A DNA stretch of 61,076 bases, filler included, from 6 parts of 6 records of this genome joined end to end with filler, not necessarily neighbours in it; one strand, 5' to 3'. Positions 1 to 9,515 are shown, counted from the first letter of the whole stretch. Notes: generated by a model from the letters alone, not told the origin. Numbers and translations are program-made.

Positions 1-75
1 CGATCCAAGTTCGAATCGAACAGGTCAAGTGAATCACAAAACCGTCATCTCAAGCCAGAAAAATGATGCAAACCA

Positions 76-942
76 TTATTTCTTAGGTGGAAAGCAGGCT
101 TCTACATAGCGCGGCAAAGCGAAAGCGGCGGCGTGCACTTGCGGCGTGTAGTAACGCGTCTCGAATGCTGCAGTCGCGAAGCGCTCCTCCAGAAGAGGCA
201 CAGGCACAGCACTCAATCCTGCATCATCCGTTCCCCAACCCATCGCCATCGGCCCGCCCACATAGGTCGGGATAGTGGCCAGATAGCAGCTCGCAACATT
301 GAAAATGCGACGGAACTTGCCGATTGTGCTGGTCAGCTCATGCGGCTGCATGAAGGGCACGCCGTTTTGCGTCACCAGCACGCCGCCCGAGTTGAGGCAG
401 CGTTTTGCATTGCGATAAAATTCTTCCTCGAACAACACAGCACCGGGTCCAACTGGATCTGTGGAGTCGACGATGATCACATCGAAGCGGTCTTCCGTTT
501 CGGCTACAAATTTTGTTCCGTCTGCAAAGACAAGATCGAGACGCGGATCGTCAAATGCACCAGCTGAAACCATAGCCAAATGCTTTTTTGAAAACTCGGT
601 CACGGCCGGATCGATTTCGACCATGGTGATCTTCGATATGCCCTTGTGGCGCGCGGCTTCGCGCAAGATGCCACCGTCGCCACCGCCGATGATGAGCAGC
701 GACGTCACGCCGCCATGTGCCAGCACGGGTACATGCGTCATCATCTCGTGATAGATAAACTCGTCGCTGGTCGTGACCTGCGTCGCGCCGTCAAGCGTCA
801 TCATTGTGCCGAACATCGGGTTTTCGAAAATCACCAGTTCCTGCTGGCCGGTGCTCTCTTCATAGAACACCTTGTCGGCGCGGAAGCTGGTTGTAAGGCC
901 CTCTTTTTCATGGAGGGTCTCACTGATCCAGCGAGCGCTCAT
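76..942 (-). CDS. speE: Polyamine aminopropyltransferase (spermidine synthase)
   Basis: Motifs LDGATQ, EFIYHEMM, LIIGGGDGG, MVEID and IIVDSTDP; start overlaps the speD stop (ATGA). Confidence 0.96.
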   Translation of the reverse strand: MSARWISETLHEKEGLTTSFRADKVFYEESTGQQELVIFENPMFGTMMTLDGATQVTTSDEFIYHEMMTHVPVLAHGGVTSLLIIGGGDGGILREAARHKGISKITMVEIDPAVTEFSKKHLAMVSAGAFDDPRLDLVFADGTKFVAETEDRFDVIIVDSTDPVGPGAVLFEEEFYRNAKRCLNSGGVLVTQNGVPFMQPHELTSTIGKFRRIFNVASCYLATIPTYVGGPMAMGWGTDDAGLSAVPVPLLEERFATAAFETRYYTPQVHAAAFALPRYVEACFPPKK

Positions 943-1460
943 ACCATGCCCCGTCCACGACGGATTTCCTCGACGCGGATGTCCGACGGCTTAAAGGCTT
1001 CGCGCAGCACTTCGATTGCATTATGCGGTTCAGCTTCGCCGCACATGAAAACGTCAAAAGCGGCATAGTCAGCTTCCGGCCATGTGTGGACCGAGATGTG
1101 ACTTTCAGAAAGAACAGCCACACCCGACACACCGCCATTGGGTGTGAAGTGATGCAGATGAATATGCAGCAGCGTCGCCTTGGAGACTTCCACGCAGCGG
1201 CGCAGCGCGTCTTCCATATGTTCCAACTCATCCAGGCGGCTGGCACCCACAAGATCGATAATCAGATGTGTTCCCGCAAAACGTTCGCCATCACGCTCGA
1301 TGAAAAAATCGGTGCGCTCATCGGTCGACGTGAACTGACCGGGCGCAGACGCGCGCGTCTCCGTGGTATCGGCACGGAACGCAACGACTTCGGCGTCGTT
1401 GTGCTGAACTGTTTTGGTGATTTCGGCGGCTTCTTTCAGAAGCACATTGGAATTGGCCAT
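939..1460 (-). CDS. speD: S-adenosylmethionine decarboxylase proenzyme
   Basis: GTHLIID, GGVSGVAVLSESHISVHTWPE (E-S self-cleavage site) and AAFDVFMCG; start set at ATG 1460 behind a GAGGGGAG Shine-Dalgarno. Confidence 0.95.
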   Translation of the reverse strand: MANSNVLLKEAAEITKTVQHNDAEVVAFRADTTETRASAPGQFTSTDERTDFFIERDGERFAGTHLIIDLVGASRLDELEHMEDALRRCVEVSKATLLHIHLHHFTPNGGVSGVAVLSESHISVHTWPEADYAAFDVFMCGEAEPHNAIEVLREAFKPSDIRVEEIRRGRGMV

Positions 1461-1494
1461 CTCGCCACTCCCCTCAAGAAAAATTTGACTAAAC

Positions 1495-1670
1495 ACCCGA
1501 TCGGCCACCTGTCAGGAGGACGGTTCGGGACACTGCAAAACCGCTGCGGGGCATGCCCGCCTTCGGCTTTTGAATTTTAGGTGGGTGTCGAGTGCGGGGC
1601 GATCTCGCCCGGCCTGCCTGCACATAAGTTCAGGTCGGCTCGACTTCATCCGGGGCGTTAGCCCCTCAGA
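1495..1670 (-). promoter_or_regulatory. Structured 5' leader of speDE (candidate cis-regulatory RNA)
   Basis: Several nested inverted repeats read by eye: GGGGC/GCCCC 1652-1665; GTCGAG 1587-1592 with CTCGAC 1639-1644 enclosing two hairpins; CAAAACCG..CGGCTTTTG ~1536-1572. Confidence 0.45.
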
Positions 1671-1960
1671 CTATAGATCGGCATATGCATTCTCCCCAGA
1701 AACCTAGCTGCCGTGCACCAAAGCACCGCCCAACTTTCAAAAAGAGACGCGTACGTCGTTACCGATACAGGTGACCTGAGGCACGTGCGATTGCGTTCTT
1801 AATTCTCCGCTGTGTAGTGCAGCGCAATATTCATGTCAATGAATACCTAGGTATTCCGCCAAATTGTCACAATGTGACAGGCTCCATGATGTGCAGCTCA
1901 TATTCATGTGGTGCTTATCGAGTTGCCTGCATCGGCAATCAATCAGCCCCAAAAATAGAA

Positions 1961-1979
1961 TTTGCGACTCATTATCAAT
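1961..1979 (+). promoter_or_regulatory. Fur-box-like operator
   Basis: TTTGCGACTCATTATCAAT resembles the alphaproteobacterial Fur motif (TGCGAnTCATTCTCA-like), ~40 bp upstream of the ATG at 2018. Confidence 0.55.
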
Positions 1980-2017
1980 TGCGATAGCGTTTCCTTCCCC
2001 ATTGAAGGAGACATGCC

Positions 2018-2530
2018 ATGCAGCCAGCCGATCTTGCCCCCTATTCCCGCCCCACACTGCAAAACGGCTTTGCCGTTGAGCAAGCCGTCAGTGATCTAGG
2101 CTTTGCGGCGCAATTCCTCACCTGGGCCATGCGGGTACAATGGACACATATCGGTGATGGCCGACATGTCTCGCACGTAGTGGAACGCGCCTGCCACGCT
2201 GCCGAAATGCCTGAAGGTGCCGCATTGGTCGCAGAGCTGACAGATGCGTTAATCCGCGCCTCCTCGCGACCGCTTTCCATTCCTTGCCCGAAATGGCGGG
2301 TACTGACCGGTGATGAAGCAAGATTGCTCGGTTTTGTTGCCGCTCTTCAGGCGCGTGACGGTACACCGCTTGCCGCCTGCGACAGGGAATGGCGCGAACC
2401 TCGTAATGCCAGTGCAATCTGGGCACCGGCACAGCGTCTCGCTCTCGCCATGAGTGCCGCAGGCTTCTATCTCAGCGCCCCGGCGCTCGCGGGTACGGTG
2501 TCATCTGACACCGCCGCCCGCTTGCATTGA
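2018..2530 (+). CDS. Conserved hypothetical protein (possibly iron-regulated)
   Basis: 170-aa ORF with a GAAGGAG SD; motifs LTWAMR and PCP..LTGDEARLL..LQ. Confidence 0.7.
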   Translation: MQPADLAPYSRPTLQNGFAVEQAVSDLGFAAQFLTWAMRVQWTHIGDGRHVSHVVERACHAAEMPEGAALVAELTDALIRASSRPLSIPCPKWRVLTGDEARLLGFVAALQARDGTPLAACDREWREPRNASAIWAPAQRLALAMSAAGFYLSAPALAGTVSSDTAARLH

Positions 2531-2537
2531 TGTCAGA

Positions 2538-3473
2538 TCAGCCGAAAGTTTTCGCCGATCCCATCGCCCCGAGACGCGCGGTGATGGCATGGAACTCGGC
2601 TACCGTTTCTTCGATGATATCTTTCACCGGTTTCACTTCATGGATAAGGCCCGCGCTCTGTCCTGCAAGCGCGGGTGCTGCTTCCATATCGCCATCAAAA
2701 TAAACGCCTTTGATATTGGCAAAGGTATCGGCGGGCATACGACCTTCTTCGTAGATCGCGTCCATCTTTTGTGACTTCAATGCACGGATGCAGGGCGTTG
2801 CCTTCTTGTTCAGCACATATGTGCCGGTTTCTTTCGAATCCACGATCTTGAGCTTGTAGTTCTTATGTACCGGGCTTTCGACGGAGCTGACGAAGCGCGT
2901 CCCCATCTGCACAGCTTCTGCGCCCAACGCGAAGGCTGCCGCCATACCGCGTCCGTCGCAAATGCCGCCAGCGGCAATCAAAGGCACATCCACCTTTTCA
3001 CGAATCGCCTGCAGCAAGATCATGGTGGAGACTTCCTCGGGGTTCTTGAAGCCACCGCCCTCTGCGCCTTCGACAACCAGACCATCGACGCCTGCATCCA
3101 CACATTTCAATGCCGCATCCAGTGTCGGTACAGCGTGATAGACCGTGATGCCCGCCTCTTTCAACGGGGCGACAAATTTGGCGGGACTGCCCGCCGATGT
3201 CGTGACGAATTTGATGCCTGACGAACAGACAAATTTCAGCATGGAGTCGTCACGCAGAAACATAATCGGCAGATTGACACCGAAAGGCAGACCTAACTCC
3301 AGCATTTTCTGGATCTCGGCCTTGCAGGCTTCTGTTTCACCAGACGAGGTTTCGATAATGCCAAGTCCGCCTGCCTTGGACACGGCGGATGCCAGCGGTG
3401 CGCGCGCAATCCAGCCCATAGGGGCTTGCACAATCGGATATTTGGCACCGGTCTGGGCAAGAAATCTGTTCAT
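2538..3473 (-). CDS. Nitronate monooxygenase / FabK-like NAD(P)H-dependent flavin oxidoreductase
   Basis: YPIVQAPMG, AGGLG, EGAEGGG, PLIAAGGI.DGRG and GAEAVQMGTRF motifs. Confidence 0.9.
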   Translation of the reverse strand: MNRFLAQTGAKYPIVQAPMGWIARAPLASAVSKAGGLGIIETSSGETEACKAEIQKMLELGLPFGVNLPIMFLRDDSMLKFVCSSGIKFVTTSAGSPAKFVAPLKEAGITVYHAVPTLDAALKCVDAGVDGLVVEGAEGGGFKNPEEVSTMILLQAIREKVDVPLIAAGGICDGRGMAAAFALGAEAVQMGTRFVSSVESPVHKNYKLKIVDSKETGTYVLNKKATPCIRALKSQKMDAIYEEGRMPADTFANIKGVYFDGDMEAAPALAGQSAGLIHEVKPVKDIIEETVAEFHAITARLGAMGSAKTFG

Positions 3474-3571
3474 CTGGTCACTCCCTGTTTTTATGTCTTC
3501 AATTTCTTATGGGCGAAAGTAAGCCTCGTCGCGGCCCCACTTGCAACCAATAGAACCCCTCGCGCATAAAC

Positions 3572-3601
3572 AAAAACGCGGAACCGTTTCCGGTTCCGCG
3601 T
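3572..3601 (-). terminator. Rho-independent terminator
   Basis: ACGCGGAACCG-tttc-CGGTTCCGCGT hairpin with an A-run at 3572-3576 (U-tail on the minus strand), just after the stop at 3628. Confidence 0.85.
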
Positions 3602-3627
3602 CCTGTAATTACCAATAGATATAGAGC

Positions 3628-4140
3628 TTACTTGAAATGACCGTAGGCTTTGACCACAGCCTCCGACAGTTCCTTGTATGCGCCTTCGACACCCACTTTG
3701 ATCTCGTCGAAAGCACCTTCGCCTTGCGTGCGCAAAGTCTTGAGGCGCTTTTCCAGTTTGGCGCGGTCCGCCTTGAGCTGACCCAGCACGCCACGATAGC
3801 GCTTCTCGGCCTGCTTAAGCGCCTTTTTGGCTTCGCGTTCTGCCTTGTCGATATCGCGCGAAACGCTCTTCACCTGCTTTTCGAGAGTTTTCCGCACCTT
3901 GACCTGTTCTTTTGTCAGTGTGCTTTTCGCGGCCTTCACTTTGGCTTTCACCTTCGCTTTTGCTACCGCTTTCGGCTTGGCAGCCGCTTTTGATTTAGCC
4001 GCCGCTTTCGGCTTTGCCGCAGGTTTTGCTTTGGTTGCGACTGTCTTCGTTGCCGCCGCAGGACGCGCTGCTGTGCGTCGTGTCGCTTTTGCAGCACGCG
4101 TCGTTTTTGGGCGACTGGTTGCTTTACGTCTTTCCGTCAT
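3628..4140 (-). CDS. Lys/Ala-rich histone H1-like protein with C-terminal coiled coil
   Basis: AAKPKAAAK repeats, then a helical region ending GEGAFDEIKVGVEGAYKELSEAVVKAYGHFK; ATG 4140 follows GAGG. Confidence 0.75.
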   Translation of the reverse strand: MTERRKATSRPKTTRAAKATRRTAARPAAATKTVATKAKPAAKPKAAAKSKAAAKPKAVAKAKVKAKVKAAKSTLTKEQVKVRKTLEKQVKSVSRDIDKAEREAKKALKQAEKRYRGVLGQLKADRAKLEKRLKTLRTQGEGAFDEIKVGVEGAYKELSEAVVKAYGHFK

Positions 4141-4267
4141 TTTGACCTCAATGATTGCGTCACGTCTGTGACGCGCCCCGACCCCTTTAACAGTGCAGCG
4201 AATATCTTCCGCACACAAGGGGAGTGCAAGGCGACACCATCAACTTTGATAAAAAATCCTGATGTAT

Positions 4268-5296
4268 TCAGCGAGCGTCCAGAGCGTCAAAACATCCTGC
4301 CTCGCGCAAGATCGGTCCCAACTTTTCACGCGCCGGAGCGGAAAGTGCCGCAAAACGCGCACGTAAGGCAGCAAGACATTTCACCTGATACTTGAATGTG
4401 CCCTGCTCGTATGGATGCCCCAACGCTGTAAAACTAAATGTTTTCTGACCACGCTCCATCGCTTCGGCGTTGGCCGCGAGGAACGGGAAATAAACGTCAC
4501 CCGCCATTTTCAACAATCCTTTAACAGCGTCCGAGACCGGCAGAGTCGGGTCGCGCCACTCACCTTCAACCCCCGACGCATCATCCAGCTGCATCAACCA
4601 GCGATATGTGAAAGGCGCTACATCGCGCAAAAGATCATTCGGCGTGGGATCAACCGCCAGTTGCGAGAACTGGCCCATCCATCCGAAATCTGCCAGCGAT
4701 GGACGCGAGCCGAACAGATACGCCTCCTCTGTCACATGCGCTTCCAGCAAGGCCAGCACTTGTTTTGCTGTTTCTTCGATCAATGGCTTATTGGCAGCGG
4801 TGCATCCGACCAGCGCCATCCGTCCAACCTGACGATTGGAAAAAGCCGCCGCATGTTGTGCAATCGATGCTCTGCCTTTGCCCGCAAGCCGGTCAAAAGA
4901 CAGCCATTCGGACATCTGTTCCTGATCGCGTTCCAGAAACCAACGGTAGTGGAACATCATTTTCGTGCCCCACTCGTCGGCCATGTCTTCCAGCAGACAG
5001 CAGAGAAATTGCTGCACCTCGTCATCAGGCAATACTGAACGGCCGTTCACGTGGCGCTTTTCTAAATCAAAGATTAACGGCGTGCTGTCTGTCTGCATCA
5101 CACCGTCTGGAAATTGCAAAACAGGAATGACGGGGGGCCGTACGTTGGCAATTTCGTAAGCGTTTCTGTCGTTCAATTGCACCCACACATGGGGGATTCG
5201 GCGATAACGCATTACCGCACGCACCTTCATAGAATAGGGGGACCCCAATCCTCCGAAAATTCGATATGTCGCGTCATTCAGATTATTGGTGTTCAT
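4268..5296 (-). CDS. Glutathione S-transferase family protein
   Basis: GSPYSMKVRA, IPVLQFPDG..DSTPLI and YLFGSRPSLADFG motifs. Confidence 0.88.
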   Translation of the reverse strand: MNTNNLNDATYRIFGGLGSPYSMKVRAVMRYRRIPHVWVQLNDRNAYEIANVRPPVIPVLQFPDGVMQTDSTPLIFDLEKRHVNGRSVLPDDEVQQFLCCLLEDMADEWGTKMMFHYRWFLERDQEQMSEWLSFDRLAGKGRASIAQHAAAFSNRQVGRMALVGCTAANKPLIEETAKQVLALLEAHVTEEAYLFGSRPSLADFGWMGQFSQLAVDPTPNDLLRDVAPFTYRWLMQLDDASGVEGEWRDPTLPVSDAVKGLLKMAGDVYFPFLAANAEAMERGQKTFSFTALGHPYEQGTFKYQVKCLAALRARFAALSAPAREKLGPILREAGCFDALDAR

Positions 5297-5379
5297 GTTG
5301 CTTTCCCCCCGTGGATCCAGTCATTGCCGTTCTGTTTTTTGCTGCGCTTCGCATCGCGCGGACATGACGGCATTTCGTA

Positions 5380-6267
5380 ATGGCGGTCATTATCATGGCG
5401 CATGATCTGGCACCGGGCAAGATTGGAAGGGCTGGCACCAGCCGCACCATCATGCTCGTGCACGGCATGTGGAGTCGCCCCTGCGTCTGGCGCAATTTTC
5501 GCCATGTGCTGGAAGATCGCGGTTATCACGTCATCACGCCTGCCTTGCGCCATCACGATATCGAACCGGACGCAGCACCGGATGCCGCTCTGGCTACAAC
5601 AAGCCTGCTCGACTATGCCGCCGATCTAGAACGCGAGATCCGCCTTCTCGACGAGAAGCCATTCATCATCGGTCATTCGATGGGCGGCACGCTGGCGCAG
5701 ATGCTGGCCGCGCGGGGTCTGGCGGAAGGTACAGTCCTGCTGGCCAGCGCTCATTGCGCGCCGGTGGTTGCTCTGAACTCATCAGTTCTCAAGTATTATT
5801 TCCGCGAACTCGCCATGACACCGTTTTGGCGTCGCACGCAACGTCCAAGCTGGAAGACCATAAGAGCAGCCGGTCTAAATGGCTTCAACGAAGCTGACGC
5901 ACGTAATCTTTACGCAACGCTCGTTCCTGAATCCGGTCGAGCGGCATTTGAGCTCATTCTCTGGTTTCTCGATCGCAAGCGCGCCAGTCTGGTCGATTCC
6001 CGTGACGTCAATTGCCCTATGCTGCTGCTTACTGGTAGTGAAGACATGCTGACCCCTCCCTATATAGCGCAACGCATTGCCGCCTATTATGGCGACAAGG
6101 CAAAACTGGAAATCCTGCGCGGTCAGGCCCATTGGTTGCCGCGGGAAACCGGATGGCGGGACACACTTGAACGCGCGTTATATTTCATCGAAGTCGAAGC
6201 CCCGCTGCTGCAAATAGAAATGGGCGCGAGTAGCCCCGCGCCCCTCTATCAGCCTCAAACCGCCTGA
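5380..6267 (+). CDS. Alpha/beta hydrolase
   Basis: LVHGMW oxyanion motif, GHSMGG nucleophile elbow, GSEDMLTP acid and AHWL histidine. Confidence 0.9.
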   Translation: MAVIIMAHDLAPGKIGRAGTSRTIMLVHGMWSRPCVWRNFRHVLEDRGYHVITPALRHHDIEPDAAPDAALATTSLLDYAADLEREIRLLDEKPFIIGHSMGGTLAQMLAARGLAEGTVLLASAHCAPVVALNSSVLKYYFRELAMTPFWRRTQRPSWKTIRAAGLNGFNEADARNLYATLVPESGRAAFELILWFLDRKRASLVDSRDVNCPMLLLTGSEDMLTPPYIAQRIAAYYGDKAKLEILRGQAHWLPRETGWRDTLERALYFIEVEAPLLQIEMGASSPAPLYQPQTA

Positions 6268-6287
6268 CCGTCACATAAGCTTTGTGA

Positions 6288-8012
6288 TCAAGCCGCCGGT
6301 GCCTGCCGGTGACCACGCACCAGCTTGCCAGGCAAAGCGCCTGTATGGGCACCATCGCGATAGATGATCTGCCCACTGGCAATCGTTGCGACATAGCCAT
6401 CGGCTTCTTGCATCAGGCGGCGCGCGCCAGAGGGAAGGTCATAGATCATATGCGGCGGACGCAATTGCAGCCGCTCGAAATCGATCACGTTCACATCTGC
6501 CTTGTACCCCACGGCGATCAACCCGCGATCCAGCAGACCCATGGCCTCCGCCGTGTCGCGCGTCTGGCTTTTGACCACAAAGGGCAGGTCCAGCTGTTCG
6601 CCGCGCGAACGGTCACGGCACCAGTGGGTGAGCATATAGGTAGGCACGCTCACATCGCAGATCGCGCCCACATGCGCACCGCCATCGCTCAGCCCGAACA
6701 ATGTGTTGGGGTTGCGCATCATGGTCAGCGTGTTATCGAGATTGAACTCGTAATAATTATGCAGCGGGAAGAACAGGAAGCCTGTGCCGCCATTGGCTGT
6801 CAGCACATCGAAGACAATCTCGTCGGGGTTCTGTCCGTTCGCCTTTGCACGAGCGCCGATGCTCTCTTCAGGCGCCGGTTCGTAATTTGGCGGATTACCC
6901 AGATCGAACATCTTGTGATAGGCGCCTGCCAATGAATTGACGAAGGGATGTCCGGCTTCAGGTGCTTCGGCGAGAAGCTTTGCGCGGAATTCCGGCTCCA
7001 GCATTTTTGCAACGCGTTCAGCCAGAGGCATATCGGCAATCGCGGCATAGCTTGGACGCGTCACGAAGGGATGCACCGAACCTTGCAAACCCAGCATCAA
7101 GCCGACTGGACGCCCTTGCACCTGCGCCTTGATCGGCAGGCCACGTGCGGCAGCTGCGTCAAGCCGTGTCGTCAGTTCGCGCCATTGGTCCGGCCACACA
7201 TCCGCCTGCACCATCGAGAAGCTCAACGGACGACCGGACAGTTCGACGAGTTCGGTGATCAGACCAAATTCGTGATCCATTTCTTTGAAGTCCGACACCC
7301 ATTGCAGCACACCGGCACCGGCATCTTTCAATCCTTGCGCGATAGCGCGCATTTCGGCATCTGCCGCACCAACGGTCGGTGTCAGGTCGCCGTCAGCCGT
7401 GCGGTGCACCATGGTGCGTGTTGTCGAGAAGCCAAGCGCACCAGCCTTGATCGCGTCACGCACGAGCACGCGCATCTGTGCAATTTCGTCGTCGGTTGCC
7501 GGTTCGCGTTTTGCACCACGCTCGCCCATCACATAAACACGCAACGCGCCATGGGGCACCTGTGCGGCCACGTCGATGTCACGCGGACGGGCATCGAGAT
7601 TGTCGAGATAGTCACCGAAACTCTCCCAATCCCACGTCAGACCTTCGCTAAGGGCAGCACCAGGAATATCCTCAACGCCTTCCATAAGGCGGATCAACGT
7701 GTCGTGATCAGATTTACGCACCGGCGCGAAACCGACACCGCAATTGCCCATCACCACCGTGGTCGTGCCGTGAATGGAGGACGGTGTCATGCGCTCGTCC
7801 CATGTGGCCTGACCATCGTAATGTGTGTGGATATCCACCCAGCCTGGTGTCACGATCTTGCCAGTCGCGTCAATCTCCTCGCGGCCCATGGCGCTGACCT
7901 CACCGACGGTCACGATCACACCTTTGTCGATCGCTATATCGGCTTTACGCGGTGCGCCACCCGATCCATCGACCAGTGTGCCGCCGCGAATGACAATATC
8001 CACTTCAGACAT
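6288..8012 (-). CDS. N-acyl-D-amino-acid deacylase family amidohydrolase
   Basis: [31 protein letters not shown] and GYKADVNVID; ATG 8012 follows GAAGGA. Confidence 0.9.
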   Translation of the reverse strand: MSEVDIVIRGGTLVDGSGGAPRKADIAIDKGVIVTVGEVSAMGREEIDATGKIVTPGWVDIHTHYDGQATWDERMTPSSIHGTTTVVMGNCGVGFAPVRKSDHDTLIRLMEGVEDIPGAALSEGLTWDWESFGDYLDNLDARPRDIDVAAQVPHGALRVYVMGERGAKREPATDDEIAQMRVLVRDAIKAGALGFSTTRTMVHRTADGDLTPTVGAADAEMRAIAQGLKDAGAGVLQWVSDFKEMDHEFGLITELVELSGRPLSFSMVQADVWPDQWRELTTRLDAAAARGLPIKAQVQGRPVGLMLGLQGSVHPFVTRPSYAAIADMPLAERVAKMLEPEFRAKLLAEAPEAGHPFVNSLAGAYHKMFDLGNPPNYEPAPEESIGARAKANGQNPDEIVFDVLTANGGTGFLFFPLHNYYEFNLDNTLTMMRNPNTLFGLSDGGAHVGAICDVSVPTYMLTHWCRDRSRGEQLDLPFVVKSQTRDTAEAMGLLDRGLIAVGYKADVNVIDFERLQLRPPHMIYDLPSGARRLMQEADGYVATIASGQIIYRDGAHTGALPGKLVRGHRQAPAA

Positions 8013-8112
8013 GATTTCCTTCACCTTTCAAATTTCTTTGGAAGGCAGCTTAGACCTGTCGGCGGCATGACGAAAGGGTCGAGAAACCCGCAAATTACGG
8101 TCTGTTTTGCGT

Positions 8113-8520
8113 TTACTGAATGGCGATCAGCATGGATTGCACGGCCGTTGCGCCCGCCTTGGCTTTTTCAAGGTCATCCTCCTCAAGTGCCGCATTGGCG
8201 CTGCCCAGTGCGGCTTCCAGAGCGATCATTGTGCCTTTTTCGCTCGCATCATTGAGCGCGCCATTGCCCAATGCGCTGCAAGGATTCATTTCCTTGACGG
8301 CAAACCCCTTGCCTTCAGGGCCGACGAGACAATTGATCGTGTGATGCAGGTGCATCCGAACGGTACTCAAATCGCCGCCAGCTGCCGCATAGCCTGCATG
8401 AGAAGCGGCCGCGGCGATTTCCTTGTCGAGCTGCGGTGACATGGCGGAAGCCGAGTTTGCCATAACCAACACGCCTGCGACGGCGAATGCCATAGCAGCG
8501 AGTTTCTGGATGTTACGCAT
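8113..8520 (-). CDS. Secreted hypothetical protein with His/Cys motif
   Basis: Sec signal peptide (ending ASA), SD GGAGGA, motif HLHHTINCLVG...NPC...GNGA. Confidence 0.75.
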   Translation of the reverse strand: MRNIQKLAAMAFAVAGVLVMANSASAMSPQLDKEIAAAASHAGYAAAGGDLSTVRMHLHHTINCLVGPEGKGFAVKEMNPCSALGNGALNDASEKGTMIALEAALGSANAALEEDDLEKAKAGATAVQSMLIAIQ

Positions 8521-8603
8521 TTTCTATCCTCCCGTTAAGAATGAACGATCTCCAAGAGCCTACACCGAACAACGGCTCAACTAAAATGACGAGATGGAAA
8601 TGA

Positions 8604-9356
8604 TTATCCCGACTTCACATAGCCACCTTCAAGAACTTTGAAATGACTCGGATATGCGACCAGAAACTTACTGAGCGATGCATGCGGAAAATTCTTGATA
8701 TCAAATTCCGGAAATTCCTTTTTCAACCGCTGCCCCAGAGACACCACTGATATTTTTTCTGTTTTACCGCCTGCGTCCGCTATGACTTTCGCGACCCGAT
8801 CAAGTACCTGGTTGGCAGGTTTCGACTTCTTGATCGCTATTGTCTTGATAGATTTTTTTAGCGGCGACTTGTTATTGGCTGGCTTGTTTGTTCTAGATGG
8901 TTTGGGCATGACAGATTCAATCGAAATGAAGTCCGTATAGGCTTTTCTGCTCACTTTTGTTTTGTCTGCCTCACCACAATTATAAACTGGCAGGCCTTCA
9001 TCTCGAATTCGTCGCGCCAATAAAACAAAATCTGCGTCGCTGGTGACCAAGCAAAAGCCTCCGAAGCGTCCGCTATGCAATAGATCCATCGCATCAATTG
9101 TCATCGCGAAATCCGTTGAGTTTGACTTGTCCCCCGGATTGAGTTGCAACATCGGATGAATACCAAAACTCTTGGCCACAGCTTTCCATTTATCCAATGC
9201 AGCCTGATGCCCGTAGACACGCATCAGGCCCACAGAGCCTTTCAATCCGAGCTTTGCGATCAGCCCGCCTATGATGTCAGGCATCAACACATTCTCTGCG
9301 TCGATCAGCACCACGATAGGCCTCAGTATGTTGTGCAATTTATTCAATGCCGACAC
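8604..9356 (-). CDS. NYN (LabA/DUF88, PIN-like) domain protein with C-terminal OST-HTH/LOTUS domain
   Basis: LIDAENV, STDFAMTIDAMD and LVTSDADF..L..RIR acidic motifs; C-terminal LGQRLKK.FP.FD.KNF...SLSKFL. Confidence 0.88.
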   Translation of the reverse strand: MSALNKLHNILRPIVVLIDAENVLMPDIIGGLIAKLGLKGSVGLMRVYGHQAALDKWKAVAKSFGIHPMLQLNPGDKSNSTDFAMTIDAMDLLHSGRFGGFCLVTSDADFVLLARRIRDEGLPVYNCGEADKTKVSRKAYTDFISIESVMPKPSRTNKPANNKSPLKKSIKTIAIKKSKPANQVLDRVAKVIADAGGKTEKISVVSLGQRLKKEFPEFDIKNFPHASLSKFLVAYPSHFKVLEGGYVKSG

Positions 9357-9515
9357 CCCTTCCCTCCACGATCAACCCGATTATCTTTGTTCAAAACAAA
9401 CTCAACGTCACGACTAGACCAGTTCCTCAGAAGCCATTAGCGATCTCATTCAAACTCTTTGGTTGAGGAATAGCGATAACCGAAAGCGCGTGGCTAACAT
9501 TTGCAACTCACCCAT

